Assembly (NCBI GenBank): GCA_028282545.1
Contig: JANQHT010000158.1
Coordinates: 1 to 47,377, forward strand
Source: Spirochaetales bacterium
Lineage (GTDB): Bacteria; Spirochaetota; Spirochaetia; DSM-27196; Alkalispirochaetaceae
DNA length: 47,377 nt
Reading direction: 5' to 3'
In this document: positions 43,492-47,377 of the stretch, piece after piece
Layout: each line of letters opens with the position of its first letter
Numbering within the stretch: position 1 is the first letter of the stretch
Made by a program: the position numbers and the translations under genes
Notes under the pieces: generated by a model
Database searches by the model: none
Told to the model about the DNA's origin: nothing
The model's input: the letters and a program-made list of their open reading frames with translations, nothing else

Positions 43492-46400
43492 TTACTCCTT
43501 GGTGACGATCACTTTCCGGTACTCGTCCACTCCCGGCGCAACGAGCCGTACAAAGTAGATTCCCCGGGCAACGATGCTGCCGCTGTTGTTCCGGCCGTCC
43601 CAGGCAAAGCGGTACGATCCCGAGCCCTGCCGGCCGCGGTGGAGGGTCCGGATAATGCTCCCATCCAGCCCAAAGACGATTACCGACACCATGCCCGGGT
43701 CCGAGAGTTCGTACGTCAGAATCGTGTTCTCGCCGTTCTCCGGGTTGATCACGTTGTTGAGGATGGTGACGTTGGCGCGCTGGGCGATGAAACCCGTCGC
43801 GATATCGATGCTCCAGGGCGTTAGGGTGCGCGGATCGTCCCCGTCGGAGAAGGTGGCGGCGTTGAGAGGTCCCGTCCGGAACTGGAACTCCAAAGAGTTA
43901 CCGTTGCGAATCTCCGAGTCGCTCCCGGGGATCAGGAAGGTTCGCAGGGCGCCGTCGCTTTCGAAGGGCGTAACACTCCGAGCATCGACGACGGTTTCCG
44001 TATCGATGAGGCCCGGAATAATCGAACCGGACCAGTAGGAGCCCACCTTCTCATCATCCGCAACGTCCACATCGTAAAGCAGTGAGGTCGGGAGACCGAC
44101 GAACGTATCGGTGAGGAGCCGCGCCTGCAGCGTAATATCGGTGCCTGATAGGCCCTCGCTGCCGTCGAAGGTACGGATCGTCCGGAACGACCCTTCACCG
44201 GCGTCGTTTGTGCCGAATGAGTCGGTGGCCCAGAGTGGTTCTATCACGCCCAGGGCTACGTCGGTGAGCCGTCGCTCATCGTTTGCAGGCATGGTGTTCT
44301 CGGCCTTGTCGAATATCAAGTCGCCGGCGGCGGGCCGGATTCGCCCTTCGAAGACGTCGTCAGCCTCGATACGATCGGTCAGGGTGAGGAAGACCTCCTC
44401 GACACCGCCGGTTGCGACCCCTTCGGTGACTGCGGACACCACCTCGAGCGACGTGGGTTGGTTGCCGGGTATGTCGAAATCGGCAACATCGATCTGTTCG
44501 GTACGTTGAACGTTGCCGAAGACGGGCTCGCTGAACTTCAAATAGAGCCGGCGGCTGCCCACCGCGCCGAGTGCGAGTTCTATTCTCGGGGGCGTTCGCT
44601 CGATCGCGCGGATCGGGATCGTCGTGCTGGGGAGTAGGTTCCCCGCGAGGTCGGTGATGCGCGCCCTCGCCTCGTCATACTCCACGTACATGTCCGTCAA
44701 GAGGCCCCAGGGGTGGCCGGTCGATTGAATCTGCAGCGTCAGGTAGGAGTCGTTGGCGACGTTCACGAGACCGAATAGGGTGTTGTCTACCTCGGTATCG
44801 AGGGCGATGTTAAACGTATTGATCCGGGGCTCCACGTCCACCGCTTCGATCAGGAACGCTTCGTACTCAGTAAGGCCGTCACTGGGGTACGCAAGCGTGG
44901 TGTCGCGAATACCCTCATTGCGGCGGTCGTTCGAGTGCGTGAGCGCGTCGTAGGCGGGGTCCCCCGGTCCACCGCCGAAGGTGGTTTCGACCTCTTGCGG
45001 GTCCCACACACCGTCGCTCTTCGGCGTCTCGCCTGGATCAACGGCGTTTGCGTAGTCCAGGGCCGCGCTGTTGTCCAGGATGTGGAACTCCAGCCGTTCG
45101 ATCAAGTTGGTCGTCGGATTTGCCCGCGTGACGATTTCGTGTGCAGTTGACTCGTTCGGATTCATGTCGAAGTCGACGGTGTAGCTCGAGTAGAAGGGGC
45201 TTTCCACGTCCCAGGCGTTGAGCCAGGGATCGCTGTTGTCGTAGGCGGGAGCGGACCCGCCCGGATCAGCGGTGAGGTTGCCGGACGGCGCGATCTCGTA
45301 GTCGACCCGGTTTCCGAGCACATCCAGGATGGCCCCGTTGTCAACGACGCTCACCGTTGTTGCGGCCGCGGGGTCGGGGACCGCCGTGTGCCAGCCGGGG
45401 AAGAGCTCGGCGCTCACCCAGGGGTCTTCCTCATTGTACCCGGAGAGGTATATCCGCACTTCCTGGGAACTGGTGGTAAAGGGCGTGGGAACGCCGTCGG
45501 CGGACGTATCCGCACGGTAGAGGGCGTTCGCCGGCGTTGTGCCGGTTCGCCACCCGCGCTCGATAGGACCTGTCCCGGCCGGATCATCGTAGGTGAAGAA
45601 CCCTTCAACGAGGACGTTGCCCCCGCTCGTTTCGATGTCACCCCCGCGGCTATCCGTTTCGCCCAGGACGAGTTCGGAGCGGAAGTTCTCCGCTGTGGGC
45701 GTCGCCGCGGACATCTCCGGGTCGGTTCCGATGTCGACCGGCTCGGAGTAAAAGAGGTGGAAGTAGTTGTGCCCGTCGTATGCGGTGGTGACGGGTTGAT
45801 TGTGCGCGGCGCGCCCGTATTCGATCCGGTAGAGGGCGGGGCCGGCTTCGTCGGTGGTGGCGCCAAATACCGTTTCGCCGTTCCGGCCGTAGTTGTAGAC
45901 GGGCGTATTGGTTGCGGCGTCGTAGAATACCCCCTTCGTCCACGTGAGGTCGGGCACGTTCGCCTGGATGGTACCGTAGCGGTCGGTACTCGGCGTAAGG
46001 TCTCTCGCGTCGCCGCCATTCGCGTCCGTGTTCCACGCGACGCGCGTACCGGGAACACCGGTGTCGGGTAAGCGAACATAGAAGACCGATAGATCACCCT
46101 CCCCGTCGGTCGAGGTGAAGGTGAACGGTAAGGCGTCGTCAGAACCGTCGGAGGTGTCGACGAGTGCGTCGGCAAACACTTCCGTGTCTCCGTCCGTCAA
46201 GACAGACGCGACGCGCGCGCTGATCTCGTTGTTGCTGTTTTCGATCGCCTCCGAAAAGACGAGCCTGATAACGTTATCCTTGACCGTTTGGGCGTAGACG
46301 AGGTACGGCGCGACAAAGTCCCACCCCGCAGTCGCGCTATCGAGGGCGAAGTCGGTGTTGGTAGTGGCCGGAATCGCCGGTTCCGTCCAGGGAAGTGAGA

Positions 46401-47377
46401 AGGCGCCGGGAGCGGTCGGCACGACGGCGGCTCCGTCGGCGGTGGCGTTGTTGTGTTGCTGCGTTCCAACCGGGGACGCAGCGGAGATGCGCCCCGTCGT
46501 GACCGTCGAGTTTTGAACGTCGCCGTTAAAGAAGACGGCGTAGGGATCACCGAAGGGCGCGTTCGCGATCGGGTCTGCGGCTGTTGTGTCCTGAACCGAT
46601 AGCGTCCACGCGGCGGTGGCGGGCAGGTCCGCGCCGTTTATGTAGAAGTCACCGACGCCGCTGTCACCGACGATCAACGTGCTCCCGACGAGATCGGCAA
46701 ATGCGGCCGTCGTGGCGGTGCTGAAATCGCCTGCCGTGGGCGTATCGTAGGTACCGCCGGCCGGGTAATACGCCAGGCCCGCCGCTTGGGGATACTGGTG
46801 GAGCGCGTTGTCGGCGCCGTCGGTCGTTGCCCGGTCGGCGTCGTCGGGGTCGTAGGCGGCGCCAAAGACTACTGTGTCATCGAACGACTGCAGCGTTTGC
46901 CCGTTCAGGTTGATCGTTCCCCGGTAAAATATGAGGCGGCGCACGTTGACGTCGCGAACCAGGGTGATCGTGAGTCCCGGCGCGTCCACGTAGACGTCCT
47001 GGTAACGGAGGTCCACGGTTCCGGCGGTTTTCGTTACGTTCGCGGCGCCGAAGAGACGCACGTGATCGAGTGGTGTGCCACCACCGACGACGTCCTCAAA
47101 AACGAGGTCCCCCGTTCCAGCGTCAAGCTCGAGGACAAACGTTCCGTCCACGGTGGAGCCAAAGGTGATCGTCCCGATCCCGGCGCCGGTGTCTATCGTT
47201 ACGGCGCCAGTGAGCGTGACGGCGTCGTCGAAGGCGACGTTCTGATCCGCCGTGGTCACCTCTCCGGCCGTCGAAATGGCCCCCGCCAGCGCGCCGCCAA
47301 TGGTAACCGTTCCACCGGCTCCCGTCGTCGTGATGTCCCCGGCGTCGCTGATCGTCGTTCCGCCAGACGAGTCGATC
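43492..47377 (-). CDS. Giant secreted surface protein (>1294 aa, N-terminus outside the window) with a T9SS / FlgD-Ig-like C-terminal sorting domain
   Basis: Continuous ORF to the window edge. G/T/D/A-rich passenger with repetitive beta-strand-like segments. Last ~85 aa (NPENGENTILTYELSDPGMVSVIVFGLDGSIIRTL...GIYFVRLVAPGVDEYRKVIVTKE) match the Por secretion C-terminal domain pattern. Confidence 0.7.
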   Translation of the reverse strand, partial: IDSSGGTTISDAGDITTTGAGGTVTIGGALAGAISTAGEVTTADQNVAFDDAVTLTGAVTIDTGAGIGTITFGSTVDGTFVLELDAGTGDLVFEDVVGGGTPLDHVRLFGAANVTKTAGTVDLRYQDVYVDAPGLTITLVRDVNVRRLIFYRGTINLNGQTLQSFDDTVVFGAAYDPDDADRATTDGADNALHQYPQAAGLAYYPAGGTYDTPTAGDFSTATTAAFADLVGSTLIVGDSGVGDFYINGADLPATAAWTLSVQDTTAADPIANAPFGDPYAVFFNGDVQNSTVTTGRISAASPVGTQQHNNATADGAAVVPTAPGAFSLPWTEPAIPATTNTDFALDSATAGWDFVAPYLVYAQTVKDNVIRLVFSEAIENSNNEISARVASVLTDGDTEVFADALVDTSDGSDDALPFTFTSTDGEGDLSVFYVRLPDTGVPGTRVAWNTDANGGDARDLTPSTDRYGTIQANVPDLTWTKGVFYDAATNTPVYNYGRNGETVFGATTDEAGPALYRIEYGRAAHNQPVTTAYDGHNYFHLFYSEPVDIGTDPEMSAATPTAENFRSELVLGETDSRGGDIETSGGNVLVEGFFTYDDPAGTGPIERGWRTGTTPANALYRADTSADGVPTPFTTSSQEVRIYLSGYNEEDPWVSAELFPGWHTAVPDPAAATTVSVVDNGAILDVLGNRVDYEIAPSGNLTADPGGSAPAYDNSDPWLNAWDVESPFYSSYTVDFDMNPNESTAHEIVTRANPTTNLIERLEFHILDNSAALDYANAVDPGETPKSDGVWDPQEVETTFGGGPGDPAYDALTHSNDRRNEGIRDTTLAYPSDGLTEYEAFLIEAVDVEPRINTFNIALDTEVDNTLFGLVNVANDSYLTLQIQSTGHPWGLLTDMYVEYDEARARITDLAGNLLPSTTIPIRAIERTPPRIELALGAVGSRRLYLKFSEPVFGNVQRTEQIDVADFDIPGNQPTSLEVVSAVTEGVATGGVEEVFLTLTDRIEADDVFEGRIRPAAGDLIFDKAENTMPANDERRLTDVALGVIEPLWATDSFGTNDAGEGSFRTIRTFDGSEGLSGTDITLQARLLTDTFVGLPTSLLYDVDVADDEKVGSYWSGSIIPGLIDTETVVDARSVTPFESDGALRTFLIPGSDSEIRNGNSLEFQFRTGPLNAATFSDGDDPRTLTPWSIDIATGFIAQRANVTILNNVINPENGENTILTYELSDPGMVSVIVFGLDGSIIRTLHRGRQGSGSYRFAWDGRNNSGSIVARGIYFVRLVAPGVDEYRKVIVTKE

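Noticed and set aside
45388-46175. Overlapping 227-aa (+) and 253-aa (-) ORFs inside the giant surface-protein gene
   Set aside because: Alternate frames of a long, well-supported ORF. Pro/Arg/Thr-rich low-complexity translations.

Overview
This is a 47.4-kb, ~65% GC, densely coding bacterial chromosomal segment. The gene content points to a T9SS-bearing FCB-group organism: an rseC-rnfBCDGEA operon of the Bacteroidetes type, and a giant protein ending in a T9SS/FlgD-Ig-like C-terminal sorting domain. Promoters, however, look E. coli sigma70-like. All calls below are read by eye from the translations and DNA; no searches were run.

Gene order, left to right:
- A minus-strand aminopeptidase lipoprotein gene upstream of an AEC-family transporter gene.
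- An ABM monooxygenase gene.
- A minus-strand oppABCDF-type peptide ABC transporter operon.
- A ~370-bp gap holding degenerate remnants of a small two-gene module.
- A small FliG-C-like protein gene and a PfkB kinase gene.
- A translationally coupled 7-gene operon: YtrA-type GntR, membrane-anchored SPFH protein, LolD/MacB-like ABC ATPase, two FtsX-type permeases, a LolA-like periplasmic protein, and a beta-barrel-like OMP.
- An unusually long ParA/MinD-like ATPase gene, divergent from an HD-domain hydrolase gene.
- trxB.
- A DHOD-like / IMPase / stand-alone cNMP-binding operon.
- The Rnf operon, driven by a near-consensus promoter.
- Genes for a DUF368 membrane protein, an alpha/beta hydrolase and a CinA-N-like protein.
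- A 728-aa protein with an MBL-fold hydrolase core (class-II PDE-like HxHxDH signature) followed by two cNMP-binding domains.
- gamma-CA-like and SAM-methyltransferase genes.
- zwf-pgl-malic enzyme plus a CxxC-less TrxR-like flavoprotein gene.
- An OmpR-type RR/HK pair, divergent from bcp.
- A lipoprotein gene, and a >1290-aa surface protein gene truncated at the window edge.

Non-coding observations:
- A ~70-bp hairpin-containing element present in two inverted copies, at 109-176 and 20803-20872.
- A 14-bp perfect palindrome in the trxB upstream region.
- An imperfect inverted repeat overlapping the GntR operon promoter.
- A terminal direct repeat at the 3' end of the ParA-like gene.

No rRNA, tRNA, CRISPR array or obvious transposase was seen.
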